From the NCBI GenBank assembly GCA_004431415.1, contig QPMI01000686.1, forward strand, positions 35,478-99,477: a stretch of DNA of 64,000 nucleotides, read 5' to 3'. Source of the stretch: Cyanophora paradoxa CCMP329. Its lineage: Eukaryota > Plantae > Glaucophyta. The position numbers were made by a program, and so were the translations under genes. Below are positions 11,460 through 24,477 of the stretch, in pieces (position 1 is the stretch's first letter; every line of letters begins with the position of its first letter). The notes below the pieces were generated by a model, which saw only the letters and a program-made list of their open reading frames with translations, was not told the DNA's origin and did no database searches.

Positions 11460-13990
11460 CTACGCGGCGTCGCACGAAGGGCCCGGGGCGGCGGCGTCGG
11501 GGCCCGGGCCGGGCACCCAGCCGCCGCGGTCGATCTGGTCGACGGCGTGGAGGACCCAGCGGCCGGGGCGGCGCGAGGGGATGCAGACGCCGCGCACGAA
11601 GTCGCCCGACTTGAGGCCGTTCTGCTCCATGGTGTGCGGCTCGATGCAGATGTCGTTCGGCGTCTTCTTGAACCCGTAGCAGTCCATCACCACGAAGCCC
11701 TGGCCCTTGTTCGACGTCGAGACGAGCCCGCACACCTGCGCGCCGCGGGGCTCGGCGAAGCAGCCCGGGGCGGGGCGGGGCCGGGCGGGGCGCACGTCGA
11801 AGCCGTTGGGGAAGCGATCCGAGTGCTGCCGCGGGACGTGGAAGCCGGGGAGCGGCGGTACGGGCCGCCCGTTGACCGTCAGCGGCTGCACGAGGGCCGC
11901 GCCCGCGCCGTCCGCCGACTGGATGGCGTGCCCGCTGACCTGCGCGCGCCCCGCGACGCCCGCCTCGAACGGCGGCCCGGCCGCGCCGCGCCCCGGCCGG
12001 CGGACCTGGTCGCCGCGCTGGAGGCTGTACCGCGAGAGCAGCGCGCAGCCGATGAACTGCGCGCCCCGGCCGGCGGTCGGCGGGCGGGGGCCGGGCGATC
12101 AGCGGGGCGCGCGGGCGGCGCACGATGTCCTTGGAGGAGGAGCCGTGCTCGCGCAGGAAGCCGAACTTGGGCCCCGCGTCGATCTTCCCCGTGCACGAGA
12201 ACCTGCGCCGGCCCCGCCCCGCCGCGTCGGCCGGGGCCGCTGGGCAGGAGAGGGCCGGTGGGGCAGGGCAGGGGCACGGCGCACCAGGAGCTCTGCACGT
12301 CCAAGTTGCCGTCCCCGCCGGGGCCCTGCTCCAGCATCTTCTCCTCTACCTCGCCCCGCGGCGCCCCGCTCCGGCCGCCCCCGCCGCTGCCTCCGACATC
12401 CCCGGCCTCGGCCTCGTCCGAGGGGCCCGGTCCACCGTACCGCCGCCGCTCGCCGCCGCCGTAGCCGCCCTCCCTGTACCCCCGCTGCTGCCGCTGCTGC
12501 TGCTGCTGATTCTGCTCGCCGCGCCCCGCCCCGCCGTGCCAGTGCCCGTTCTCGTGCCGCCAGCCTTGCCGCTCGCCCCAGTCGCCGCCGCCGCCGCTGT
12601 GCTCCGGGGGCCGCCCGCCGCCCTCGCGCTCCGCGTCGCCGGCCTCCTGCGGACCGCCGCCGCCGCCCGAGCCGCCGGGGCCGCCGGGCTCGTGCTGGCG
12701 GGGCGGCGGGAGGGTGATGCCCTCGACGGGGGCGCCGTTGACCGCGAGCAGCTCGACGAGGGCGCGCCCGTGGCCTGGCGGCCGCTCCGGCCTCAGCTCC
12801 GCCATCCCTTCCACCTCGTCCCCGTCGTGCAGCTCCCCCCTGCGCCGCTCGGTCACGCCCCGACAAGCCCCGCCCCGCCCCGCCCCGCCCGCCGCCGAGG
12901 GAGGGGGCGCGCGCACCGCTCGATGATCGAGGGGTGCACCCAGACGTCGTGCTCGCTCCACTGGTACCCCGTCTCGGAGAAGCGGATGAAGCCGGGGCCG
13001 CGCTCCCGCCGGTGCATGAAGAGCCGCCCCGCCACCCGCGTCGCGCCCCCGCGGCCCTTCCAGTCGCCCCCGTACGAGGCCGCCGCCGCCGCCGAGGAGG
13101 AGGAGGAGGACGGCGCGGGGTCCGGCGGCGGGTGGAAGTCCGCCCCCTCGCGCTCCCGCGGCGGGCCGCGCCGCTCGTAGGGCGGCGGGCCCGCGGCGGC
13201 GCCGGACCCTCCCGCTCCGGGAAGTTGCCGCGCTCCCGCGGCGGGCCGCGAGGCGGGCCGCGGGGCGGGCCGTGCCCGCCGGGCGAGCGGGGCCGCTTGC
13301 GGGACTCGTACCCATCCGGTCCGCCGTGCGGCTCGCCGTACCGCCGTTCAGGGGGGGAGGAGTAGTCGGGTGGAGTGTGGATGGGGAGGGGCGGGTGGAT
13401 CGAGTGGGGGGCGGGGGCGGGGTGGGGGGTGTGGGGGTGGCCCGGTTCGGGGGGGTACGGGCCGCCGTCCACCGGCATGTAGGGCGCATATGGAAGAGTC
13501 GTAGGTGGTAGTTGAGAGTAGTCGACGCCCTCGTAGCCGGGAGCGCTGCTGGGGTGCGCCCGGTAATCCGCGGCGAGTTCCTGTCTGGGCGTCGGGGACC
13601 GAGCGGAATGATTTTGACCGATTAGAGAAAAGGAGAGATATAGGTATCCAAAATCCAAGAAAAGAATTCCAAAACAGCGGAGGACGTCATTGAGTTCCAG
13701 GGCCGAGAATGAGCGGGCATAAGAGGCTTCCCGCGATCCAAACAATATATGGTCCAGGTAAAAAGAAAGTTCCAAAATAGCCGATGTATAAGGGATTCCA
13801 GATGGATAGCGCAAGGTAACGCGCGACGCATTCAGACGACGAGACGAGCGACCGGCGTACCTCCCGAACGATAACGCATAGGAGATCACAAACTGGGTAA
13901 TCGCGTAGGAAGGGCGCCAAATTCAAGGCGCAATCCCAAGTAAAGAGGAAGAGACGAGCTCGATCTTCGCTGTACTTAACGTAGCCGACC
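11460..13990 (-). CDS. Pro/Gly-rich protein with three Rho-factor-type RNA-binding (cold-shock/OB) domains; 5' end uncertain, may extend to about 14200
   Basis: Three spliced repeats: GFIRFSETGYQWSEHDVWVHPSIIERGELHDGDEVEG...ALVELLAVNG; KFGFLREHGSSSKDIFIGCALLSRYSLQRGDQVSG...ALVQPLTVNG; GQGFVVMDCYGFKKTPNDICIEPHTMEQNGLKSGDFVRG...WVLHAVDQID. Confidence 0.7.
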
Positions 13991-14589
13991 TGCTCAGAGG
14001 CGCTGTGGACTCAGATCCGTGCTGGCGAGAGGCGTGCTGGCGGCCAAGCGCACTCGGTCCCGCCTGCTGAGCTGTTCCGCGTAATCCTTCAGAGATGGCT
14101 CCTCGGCCCCGGGCGCCGAGCGGATCCCGAGGCTGCAGATCCACTCGCACCGCTCGCACCAGCTCACGGCTCCGCTGGTTTCCGTGCGCTGCGACACCTC
14201 GAGATCATCCCGCCTGTCGCAAAGATTAGACCGCAGACGTGTGAAAGCGGCCGCCCGTCAGTCCCCTTCACTCACATCTTGTCCCACAGCTTGCCGCTTA
14301 CGACGAGCGCCTCCGCTTGGTATCGCCTCTTGACGCGACCCGTATCCTCATCTGCACGTTTCGACCGCGCGTGAGCCCCGTGCGGCCGGCACCGCAGGAC
14401 CTTCGCGCGGCAATCGCGCCGAGGCCCGCGCAGCTTCCCGGTGAGGCGGATCCGTAATCAGGCGCACCTATGCTGATGATTCTGCCGTTCCAGTTTCGCG
14501 GGGGCGGCTCCGCCCGCACGTCCATCGCTGTGCTTTGACTCGCACTGTACCCCACCGGCGGCAGCACTTTTTCGCCGGCGCCGGCCAGC

Positions 14590-15787
14590 TTGATGGCTCA
14601 CCAGATGCAGTCGCCGCTGGCCCAGTGCACGTGGGAAGGCCGACTGAGTTTCTTCGGCGACGAGCCCGACGACTGGCAGATGAGCGTGCCAGCCCGCGCT
14701 TGGGGATGGCCTGGCGACGGCTGCAGCCCAGCCGTCGCCGACGAGATGCGGCGCGTGGGCAAGCTGCCGCTGTGCGCGCTTTCTCCGTCGCCCGCTCGGC
14801 GCGGCCGTCGCGGCTGACCGCTGGCACTGTTGTTCGCAGGCTCCCCGATCTGCGCTTCGAGGACTACGTGGAAATGTCAGAGTTCTTTGATCTCGCGGAG
14901 AAGCTGGAGACCGCTTTCTGGTTCAGCGTACAGTCCGCCGACGAGCGCTTCAAAAATGCCTTGCAGTTCTGGGACGACGCTGGGCGCGTCCCGCAAACTG
15001 ACCTCGCTGCGCTGCCCGTCGCTGTCTTCGTCGTCAAATCCGAGCGCGCACGTCAGCGCTTCCAGAAGCTTCAACTCGTGCGTGGCCGGGCGGACGTCCG
15101 CAGGGAAGCGCACTGATGCGAGCCTCACGCGGCGCGTTGCAGCTATGCGACGCCCCGGACGCGGTCGGCCTCGCGCTCTACACGATGCGGGACCTCTCCT
15201 CGCAGCAGAAGAAGTCGTAGCTCCCCGGCCTCGGCGCGCGCGGCTGCGGCGAAGAAAATAGCAGCGCCCCCGCTAACACCCGTGTGGCTGCCGCTGGCTA
15301 GGGTGCGCAAGCCACTGCAACGCTTTTTTCGATTCGCTTGATTGGACGGCAGACCCGGCGGGGGCGCTGGAGGACCCAACTGTGTTCGAGGCGGCGATAG
15401 TCCGCATCGAGTGGGAGATACAACACAACAAGAAGACCGTCGGTCTCAAGAGGTGCAAGAGGTGCCTCGCCGCCCGCCCCCGCCCCCGCCCCCGCCCCCG
15501 CCCCCGCCGCGTTTATTCAGCAGCCGTGGGGGCGCGCAGCCTGCAGGGCAAGATCTGGCAGGAGGGGTACAGCTCGGGGGCGATCAAGGAGGAGGTCTAC
15601 GAGGACGTGCCGCAGGTCCGCCGCGCGCCGCGCGCCGGGGGCCGGCGCGGGGGGCCGAGCGGGGCGGGGCGGGGCGGGGCAGGCGATCGGGCGGTGGGTG
15701 GAGAAGCAGGTGTCGGTGTACATCTACTCGTCGGGGAGCGTCCACGTCCAGCAGCTGCTCTTCGGGCACAGCACGGCGGATACATGA
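14590..15787 (+). CDS. Chimeric gene or pseudogene: globular N-terminal domain (weakly SPOC-like) fused to duplicated internal ENOPH1 exons
   Basis: Exons CTWEGRLSF...DEMRRV and LPDLRFEDYVEMSEFFDLAEKLETAFWF...AVFVVKS, followed by near-identical ENOPH1 exons ending LFGHSTADT* (TGA 15785-15787). The start is unresolved. Confidence 0.4.
15350..15779 (+). repeat. Inverted partial duplication of ENOPH1 (source about 9640-10050), introns included
   Basis: Near-identical to the reverse complement of 9640-10050, e.g. VFEAAIVRIEWEIQHNKKTVGLK and SLQGKIWQEGYSSGAIK, with both intervening introns retained. Confidence 0.95.
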
Positions 15788-16055
15788 GAACCCCCGCCGC
15801 CGAGCCCGAGCCCGAGCTTCCTGTTGCGTTCGTTGCATGCGCACTGCCACAAGTGATGCTTGCCGCAACTGTACATGTCGTATTCAATAGGACATATCTT
15901 AATAGAGCAGCGGGCTCGAGTGCGCTTCTGCATCGCGGGATCGGGCCTCTGGGGGGCTTCGAATTCTCGGGCGGTGCCCCTCCACATCTTTTCATCGGGC
16001 TTTGGCTTCCTCTACATCGCGATGCGCTGCCGGGCTGCCCGCGGCGGTCGCCTCT

Positions 16056-18485
16056 TCAGTGCCCGCGGTGCCCGCCTCGGCCGCCGCGGCCGCCGCGCCC
16101 CTGCCGCCGCCGCCGCGGGGGTAGCCCTCGGGGGGCGGGCGCCAGCCCTCCTGCTGGGCCTGCTCCTGCTGCCACGAGAGCTGCTGCGACCTGCGCGCCG
16201 CTTGGAGGGGCGCAGGGGGCGCAGGGGAGAGCGAGTGTACCCGCTCTTGGAGTACTCCTCGGCCGCCCACGTCGGCTCGGGCTCGGCGCGCCCGCCGGGG
16301 CCGCCCCGCCCCGCCCGCCTCGCCCGCCGCGCCCGCCGCGGTGCCCGCGCTGGCCGCCCTGGTGGCCCCTCCGCCGTAGTGCTGCTGCTGCTGCTGCTGC
16401 TGCCCGGGGGCTTGGCCCGCATCGGGGGCCGCCCCCGCCCCCACCGCCGCCGCGCCGCCGCCCTGCCCCGCGTAGTAGTTCGTCCCGGGGACCGGCGCGT
16501 GCCCGTACGCGCCGGGGTACGCCTGGTGGTGGTAGCCGTAGTGCGGGTACACGTATCCCGGCGCCATGGGGTACGGGTAGCCCTGGCCGTACGGGCCGAC
16601 CGGGGGGTACCCCATCGGCATCGCGTAGGGCGCCGCCGGGTACGGCATCGCGGCGGCCGGGTGGACCGGGTACGGCGCGACGGGTGCGGTCGGGGCGGCG
16701 CCGCCGACGGCGGGCTGCGGGGGCGGGGGCGGGGCGGGCCAGCTGCCGGAGGCGGCGGCGGGCGCCGGGGCGGCGGGCTGCGCCGGCGGCGAGCGGGCGC
16801 CGTGCTGCGGTGCCGTCAGCGAGGGGGCGGGGCGGGGGTGAAGGGGGGCCGGGGGCGCGCCTGGGGCTTCTTGCCCTTGTCCTTGCCCTGCTCGTGGGGC
16901 GGGGGCGGGGCGGCGGAGCGGGGAACGGGGGGCAGGCTCTGCCCCTGCGCCTGCGCCTGCGCGTTGATCTTGTTCCATAGCGCCACCACGTCGATGCCGC
17001 CGCCCTCGCCCGCAGGCGCCAGCCCCGCCCCGCTCTCCGCCCCCGACGCCGCCGTCTGCGGGCGCTGCAGGATGGCCTTCGGCTGCGCCTGCGGCTGCGG
17101 CTGCGGCTGCGGCTGCGGGTGCGCGTGCTGGCCCTGCTGGGCGAGCTGGGGCGAGGTCCAGGCGCGGTGCACGGGGGCGCTCTGCACGCGCTGCGGCGCC
17201 CCGCCCGGCGCCGGGAGGAGGCCCCCCGCCGAGGCCGGGTGCGGGTGCGCCTGCGGGCGCTGGAGGATGGCCTGCGGCTGCGCGCGCTGCCCGTGGTGGA
17301 ACGGCTGCCCCTGGCCCTGGCCCTGGCCCTGCCCCTGGCCCTGGCCCTTGCCCTGCGAAGACGCCTGCGAAGCGTCCTCGTAAGCCGGAGAGCGTCGAGG
17401 GAGGGGCGCAGGAGCTCGCGAGGGGGCGGGCCTGGGCGGAGAGGCGGGGGCGGGAGAGGTTGAGGAGCCAGGCGGAGTGGACGCGCTTGCCGCGCATCTC
17501 GGAGCAGCGCCCGTCGAGGTTCGTGCCCCCGAGGAACGGCTCGTCGAAGAGCACCTCCGCCTGCCCCGCCCGCGTCGGAGGCGGAGAAGGGCGGGGGGGA
17601 GAAGGGCGGGAAGGGGGTGGGGGCACCTGGGCGTTGGCGAGGAGGCCGACGACCGTACCCCTGGCGCCGAAGGGCACCTGCCCCCCCGAGCGCAGGTTCA
17701 GGACCCGGTCCCCGAGCTGGAACTGGCCCGTCTGGGGGGTACAGGTCAGAGAAATCAAAGGGGGGGGGGGAGGAGACGGCGGGGGTTACCTGGGAGGGGA
17801 TGACGGGCGCGATGCGGGGGTCCGCCTCCTCAATGGGGCGGTACACCTCCTCGGGCTTTACCCCCTTCAGCACCACCTCCTGCGGCGAAACGTGAGAACG
17901 GAACGAAACGGATACGATGCGAGAAAGGGCCCCGCGGGGACTCGAACCTTGAACGTGGCCTGCTTGAGGATGTCCGTGTACTTGGCCGCCGCCGCCTCCA
18001 CCTCCTCCAGGGCCTTCGGGGGTACGAGAATGAGGCGGGGGCGAAGCGCTTGCGGGGGGGTACGGCGGCACCTCCTTCATGAGGGCGGAGGACTCGCAGG
18101 GGGTGAGCTGCGCCCCGTGCGTCGGGAGGGTCGCCATCCACAGCTTGAGCTCCCTGCGCCGCCCCGCCGCGTGAGCCGAGCAAGCAGCAGCAGCGGGGCC
18201 GGGGCCTGGGCGAGGGAGGGGGGGGCACTTGGCGGCGAGCTTGGGGTCGGGGGCGTCGGGGAAGACGAGGTTGGCGGGGAAGCCGCCCTCGTCCTCGTCC
18301 CGCGCCTGCGCCCCGCCACGGCCCCCCCGCTCGCTCGGGCGCGCCGGGGGGGCTAGGGGGCGGGGCGCACGTTGTTGAGGGTGTTGAAGAGGCCGGGGGC
18401 GTGCTTCATGTACGCCCGCACCACGTTCAGCGCCTCCTCGCTGGGCGCGCCGGGGGCGGGTGAGGGGCCGGGGGGCGAGGGCTAG

Positions 18486-18524
<39 letters not shown>

Positions 18525-21500
18525 CTGTACTCCCAGCCCGGGCGCCCCGGGCCCCCGTTGCCGTCCCCCTCGTCCGGCTTGCGCCGCGAGTAGCCCTGCG
18601 GGGCGGCGGGGGCGGCGCGTCAGCGTTGGGGAGAGGCGAGTCCGGCGGGCGAGTGGGGCGAACGTTCAGCTGGAGGCCCTTGGACTGGTACTTGATGCCC
18701 AGCCCGAAGTCCCACTTCTCGCCCCCGACGTTCACCATCACCGTCCCCGTGATCTGCGCGAGAGGACGTAGCGGAGTCACGCCGGCGGGCCGGTGTGGAA
18801 GGCGGGAGGCGGGCGGGCGGGGGGCGCACGCGGCCGAGGGCGCTGGTGGTGATGCCGAGCTTGCGCGAGGCCTCGTACGACCCGAAGAAGCTGCCCGGGG
18901 GCGCGGGCGCGGGGTCGGCCCGGGAGCGAGGACGGGGAGGGGGGAGGGCGAGGGCGCGCACCGGCGGTTGGACTGGAGGGCGATGCGCTGGCCGAAGTTC
19001 GGCTCCGGGGGCCCCTTCTGCACCGTCACCACCAGCCGCTGCCCCGCCCCCGCCCGGTCACCGAGGCGAGGGGAGGGGCCGCGGCGGGCGGGCGGGCGGG
19101 CCTGCTGGTCGAGCGGCGCGCCGGCGTTCTCGTGGCCCGAGACGAGCGCCTTGCACCCGTACATCATCTGCCCGGGCGGCTCGAGCCGGCGGCGCGAGGG
19201 AGCGGAGCCGGCCGGGCGAGCGCGGACGGACCGGGGCGACGCCGACGTAGATGACGGTCGTGCCGACAGGCAGCGCCTCCGCCAGCGACTGCCACGCCCG
19301 TCAGCCGGCCCCGGGCGAGGGGAGGGGTGGGGCGGGGCGGGGCGGGATGAGCGGGGAGGGGCGGGCCGTGGGGGCGGGGCGCTCGGCGAGGGCCTCCTGC
19401 GTGTCGCTCCCGGGGGCCCCCCGCCGCGCCTCGTACACCGCCGTCTGCCGCGCCCGCTCAGCCCCAGGACCCGGGAGGGGGGGAAGGGGGCGGGGGGAGG
19501 GGCGGACGTCGGTGGGGGGCACGGCGACGAGGGCGGGGAAGGCGGTCTCCTCCGCCGCGTACCGCCGCCGCTGCTCCCCCGTCGACTTCCTGCCCCGCCC
19601 GCCCCTCAGCCCCGCCGCCCCCGCTCCGCCTCCAGCGCGGGGGCGGACCGCTCGACGCCCTCGAAGACGCGGACGGTGAGGAGCACCTCCGCCGTGCTCA
19701 CGTCCAGGCCCTGCCCCGCCCCGGCCCTCAGGCGGGAGGCGAGGGGCGGGCCGGGGCGGGCCGGGGGGCGGACCTGCTTGGACATGTAGGTGCCGGCGAG
19801 CATGCCCATCGTGCGCGCGAAGTGCTGCCCCCCCATGTTCCCCTGCGCCGCGGCCCCCGTCAGCCCCCTCGCCCCTCCCCCTCCCCCCCGCCCCTCCCTT
19901 CCGGGCGGGCCTGGGGCAGGACGCGGCCGTCGCTGCGGACGGAGCAGGTGGCGTCGGCGACGCCCACCACCAGCGCGTCCCGCAGGTACGGCCACCTGCG
20001 CCCCGCCGGTCAGAGGAGGGGAGGGGCGCCGCCGCGTGCGCCGCCCCCGGACCCGACGAGGCAGGGCTTGTTGAGGCAGGCGTCGGCCCAGGCGCGGGCG
20101 GTGGCCCACTGGGCGTGCTCGGGCTTCTTCTCGCGGAGGCCGACGTGGATCACCACGCTCTCCTTCCGCGAGTTCCCTGCCCGCCCCCCCCGCATCGGCG
20201 CCGAGGAGGAGGAGGGCGGGAGGGGTCGGCGGACCCATGCCGAAGACGTTGATGCCGGCGACCTTGCGCTCGGCGTGCATGGGGAGGGTCTTGAGGGTCG
20301 GGAAGCCGGCCGGGCAGTGCATCCCCGAGCGCGCCCCCGGCAGCCGCACCGGCACGAACCCGTGCGCCGCCTGCCCCGCCCCGCGCGCCTCAGCTCCGCG
20401 CAGGCCTGGGCCGGGCGCCCGCCGGCTACGGGCGGCGCACCTGGGGCACGGGCCGGGCCTCGACGAGGCAGCGGGAGGCCTCGAGGTCGGGGATCACGCC
20501 GGGCAGCGTCGAGGCCGCCGGCGCCGCCTCCGCCGACTCCTGCGCACGCGCACGCCCGCCCTCTTGAGGAGGCGCCCTCGAGCAAGCCGGGGGCGCAGCG
20601 GGGAGCGCACGGCCCAGCGGAAGTGGATGGCCACGCCGAAGGCGTTGCGCCGACGCTCGCCCTCGGAGAGGCTCGCCTCCACCTCCGCCTCCTCCGTTGC
20701 CGCCACCAGCCGCTGCACACGCACACACGGGACGTCGGCCGCCGCCGCCGGAGGGGCCCCGGGCGCCCCCCTCGGACCTGGGCGTCGATGAAGGGGATGA
20801 GGACGACGCCCTCCCACTCGTTCCGCGTCCCCTCCCTGCGCCCCGCAGCGGGGGCCCGTGAGCCAGGGGGAACCGCAGAGCGGGAGCTCATATATATTGG
20901 AGTCGGGCGGGGCGGACCGGTCGATCTTGAAGTCCTCGGGGTAGTACTCGCGGAGGGGCGAGGCGGACTCGAGCATGAGGGCGCGGTAGACGGGCGGGAG
21001 CGCGTGCGCCGAGGCCGTCGGCAGGACGCCCAGCAGCTGCTGGAAGGGCCGGAACGGCGTCCCCATCTCCAGCCGCACCTGCGCGCCACTGCTCTCAGAG
21101 GAGGGCGGCCGGCGTCTTTGAGAGGAACGGGGGGCGGGGGCGGGCCTCCTTCTGGAGCTCGACGAGGCCGCTCATGTCCGAGGCGAAGGGGGCGTAGTGG
21201 TACGGGTAGAACCAGCCCCACGACTGCACCCTGCGCCCCCGCGTTCAGCTCGCCGGAATCCCCCGGTCGGGCCTACCCTAGCCTAGGGGGAGAGGGGAGG
21301 AGGGGGCGTGCGGGCGGACCCCATGTTGTAGTACTTGAGGACCCAGTTGAGGGCCTCGAGGTAGGAGAGGCGCATCTGGTGGAGCTGCTCCTCGAAGGTC
21401 CTGCCCCCCTTGCCCTCCCGCATCTCCACCTTCTCCGCGTAGTACCGCACCTTCGCCTGCCCGTGGTCCTGCACGCACCGCCGGCCCGCCTCGGCGGGGG

Positions 21501-24216
21501 CCGGAGGGAGCGCGGGGGCGGGGCGGGGCAGGGCGGACGGCGCCGGAGCCGAGGAGGAGGTCGCAGAGGTCGTCGTCCGACGGCTGCAGCGGCTCCCCCT
21601 GCCCCCGCCACGCCCCCCGTGGGCAAGACGGCGGCGGCGGGCGGGGGGCGGGCGGGCGCACGCAGATGGGGCTGGGGACGGCGAGGCGCATGGCGGCGAT
21701 GGCGCGGTCGACCTGCCCGCCGCCCCGCCGGCGTCGGGCGCGCAGGCGGCGGGGCGGGGCGGCGGGGGCGGGGCCGGGGCGGACCTTGAGGCCCTCGGCG
21801 ACCTCGTCCTCGCTGTCCGCGTCCGCCTCCGTGTCCTCCCCCGTCCCCTCCCCCGGCCCCACCCCCGCACCCGCCCCCGCACCCGCACCCGCACCCGCAT
21901 CCGCCGCTGCTGGGCCGCGTGAGTGCGCGTGTGAGCCGGGCGAGGGGGCGGGGGGAGGGACGGGGCACCGGAGACGGCGACGAAGGGGACGAGCTTGCGG
22001 CCGGGGCCGGCCTCGGGGGCCTCCTTGGGGGCCCCCTCCTTGCCGTGGCCGGCCTTGTGGCCGGCCTCGGGCTCCCCCGTGAGGGTGAAGCCGTCGTCGT
22101 CCTTGCCCTTGCCCCGCCGCCGCGCCCGCTTCCCCCCCTTGGGCTTGGGCGTCGCCTCCATCCACTCGGGCCGCGCGTGCGCCTGGGGGCCCCAAGCAGG
22201 CGAGCGCTCAGTGCGAGACCGCACCCGCGAGCTGCGGGAGACGGCGGGGGCGGGCGTGGGGGCGGACCTGCTTGCCCTTGAGGTACTTGTCGTCCTCCGC
22301 CCGGTCCGCCAGCACCTGCGGCCCCGCCCGCCGCCCCGCTCAGCCGCCGGAGAGGGAGGGAGAGGGCGGGGCGGGGCGGGCCTGGCGCTCGGCGTCGCCG
22401 ATGGCGGCGAGGAAGCGCTCGAGGCGGGCGGGGTGGAGCTCGCTGCGGTCGACGATGTAGCCGCCGAGCTGCGGGAGGACCTCCTTGTACATGGAGAACA
22501 TCGAGTCCAGCGCCCCCTCCGCGATGTCCATCGTCGGCAGGTGCGGCACGAAGTCGTTCCCCACGAACATGCACCTGCGAGGCCCCGCGCCTCAGCGGGG
22601 CCCGCCGGCGGGGAGAAGCGGGGGCGCGCGCATGAGGATGAAGTCGTCGATGATGCGCTCGATGTCGTACGGGAAGGAGAGCTTGGCCCGCAGCTCCCCA
22701 AAGTCCTGCGGGGCAGGAGCCGGGCCCGGCGCTCAGGGGGGCGGGGGGGAGGCAGGGGCACGCGCGGGGCGCCTCGGGGCCGCACGAGGTCGAGGTACTC
22801 GCGGAGGAGGGAGATGGAGAGGATCTGGAACTCGTCCGCCTTCTCCAGCGCCTCCGCCTTCGCCGTCGGCGCCGCCTGCCCCCGAGCGCCCTCAGACCGG
22901 GCCCCGGCCCTCGCGGAGCGGGGCGGCGCACCTTGAGCTTGTCCTTGTTCCGCGCCGCCGGCTTGAAAGAGATCACCTGGGTCGGGTTGAGGGGGGGACG
23001 TGCGCGGGGGGGTAGGGGCGGCTCGCCTCGCGGAGGAGCGCGAAGTGCGCCTCGTGGGAGGCCAGCGAGAGCATGATCAGGTCCGCATCCAGCTGCGCGC
23101 GGGGGGGTACGCGTCGCCACGGGGGGAGGGGCGCTCGCGGAGGAGGACGAGGAGGGGTACCCCGTAGAGGAGGTGGCGCTCGTTGGGGTCGTGGTCGGGC
23201 TGCGCGCGGCGGTCCCGGATCCACTCCATGATCTTGTGCTCGCCCTCCCCGGGCACCTGGCGCGCGGGCGCCGCGCTCGGACGGGGGTAGCGGCGCGTGC
23301 GGGGGTACGGCGAATCCGGGTGCACCTCGTGGCCGGAGAAGACGACGTGCATTCCCTGCCAGATTCGGTCCTCCTCCATCTTCTTACGGATGAAGAACTG
23401 CGGGGAGCGGGGCGGGCGCCGCGTGAGGGCCAGGGTCGCCGGGGGCGCCGCAGGGGGCCGGCGGGCGCGCCTTCAGGTGCTCAGAGAGCTTCGCCATGAA
23501 CTCGGTACCCGGGGTGATGACGTTGGAGTCAAAGGGCTGCGCGGGGGACGTCGGGGGGCGGTGGGGCGGGCGGAGCGCGGGGCGGGCACCTTCTCCTCGG
23601 GGATCTTCTCGCCGCGCGCCTTCGCTGCCTGGCGGGGGGCTCGCTCGCGCTCTGAGGGAATAAGGGAGCGAGGCGTGCCTGGATGGCCTCGGCCTGGTCG
23701 CGGGCGGCGCGGAAGCGGCGGCAGCGCTGCTGGTTCATCTTCGCGCGGGGGGCGACGCCTGCGCGGGGGCGGCTCGGCCTCGCAGGCGGAAGAGACGGCA
23801 GCTAAGCGGGCGCGCCGTCGATGGCCATGAAGAGGAGCTTGCGGGGCTTGGCGAGCTGCACGAGCTTGTCCACGTACTTGAAGACGCCGAGCACCATGTC
23901 CTTCTCGCTGATGCGGTGCGCCACGTCGTCCTTCGCGTCCTTGTGCGTGCACGCGTGGATGATCCCGTTCATGTCCAGGTACAGGTTGTCTGCCGGGCGC
24001 GCGCGGGGACGTCAGCCGAGGCTCGGGGACGCGGCCATCGGGCTCGGGTCCGATCCGGGGGGCCGCGGCGCGCGCTGACCGAACTCGGGGACAGCATTCT
24101 CGCCGACAGGGTGGTTCACGAGCGGGTATCGCTCGGAGAGCCAGCGGTAGAACTGCGCGGCGTGAGGCGCGCCCGGAGCCCCGCCGATGCCCATTTCGCA
24201 CCTTCGGTATACCCAT
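16056..24216 (-). CDS. XRN1: 5'-3' exoribonuclease 1, very many exons
   Basis: [15 protein letters not shown]; [14 protein letters not shown]; [24 protein letters not shown]; ITPGTEFM; [14 protein letters not shown]; [14 protein letters not shown]; [11 protein letters not shown]; [13 protein letters not shown]; GFPTL; XRN1-type SH3-like region FQLGDRV...[10 protein letters not shown]; Pro/Tyr/Gln/RGG-rich tail. The stop is at 16056 or 15992 depending on indels. Confidence 0.93.
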
Positions 24217-24477
24217 GGATCACAGCTATGGCCCGATCGCTGGTCTACGTGCGCTTTCTCGTCCCGCGCTGGAAGACGTCGGAGCCGGGCTCTTCTGCCT
24301 ATCAGAAATGCACTACTGTTGAGAGCCTAGGCCGCAGGAACTCGTCCCCGAACGTTCCTACGAAGACGCGCAATTGAAAGAGGGGTAGATGCAGCCGACC
24401 AGGGGAGGGAGCGATTTGGGGCTACAGGTTCGCTGGGGGAAAAAAAGAGCTGAGGTGGCCGCGGCCGGACTGAAGGG

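Noticed and set aside
16056-16420. Frameshifts in XRN1, dapF, UFD1, ENOPH1 and others as programmed recoding or pseudogenisation
   Set aside because: They are single-base indels, mostly in G/C runs, scattered across essential genes. Sequencing or assembly error is the simplest explanation.
18487-18521. Long poly-G or poly-C runs (also about 43774-43808 and 60562-60578) as functional G-quadruplex elements
   Set aside because: Intronic homopolymers of unreliable length in a genome where G-rich introns are ubiquitous.
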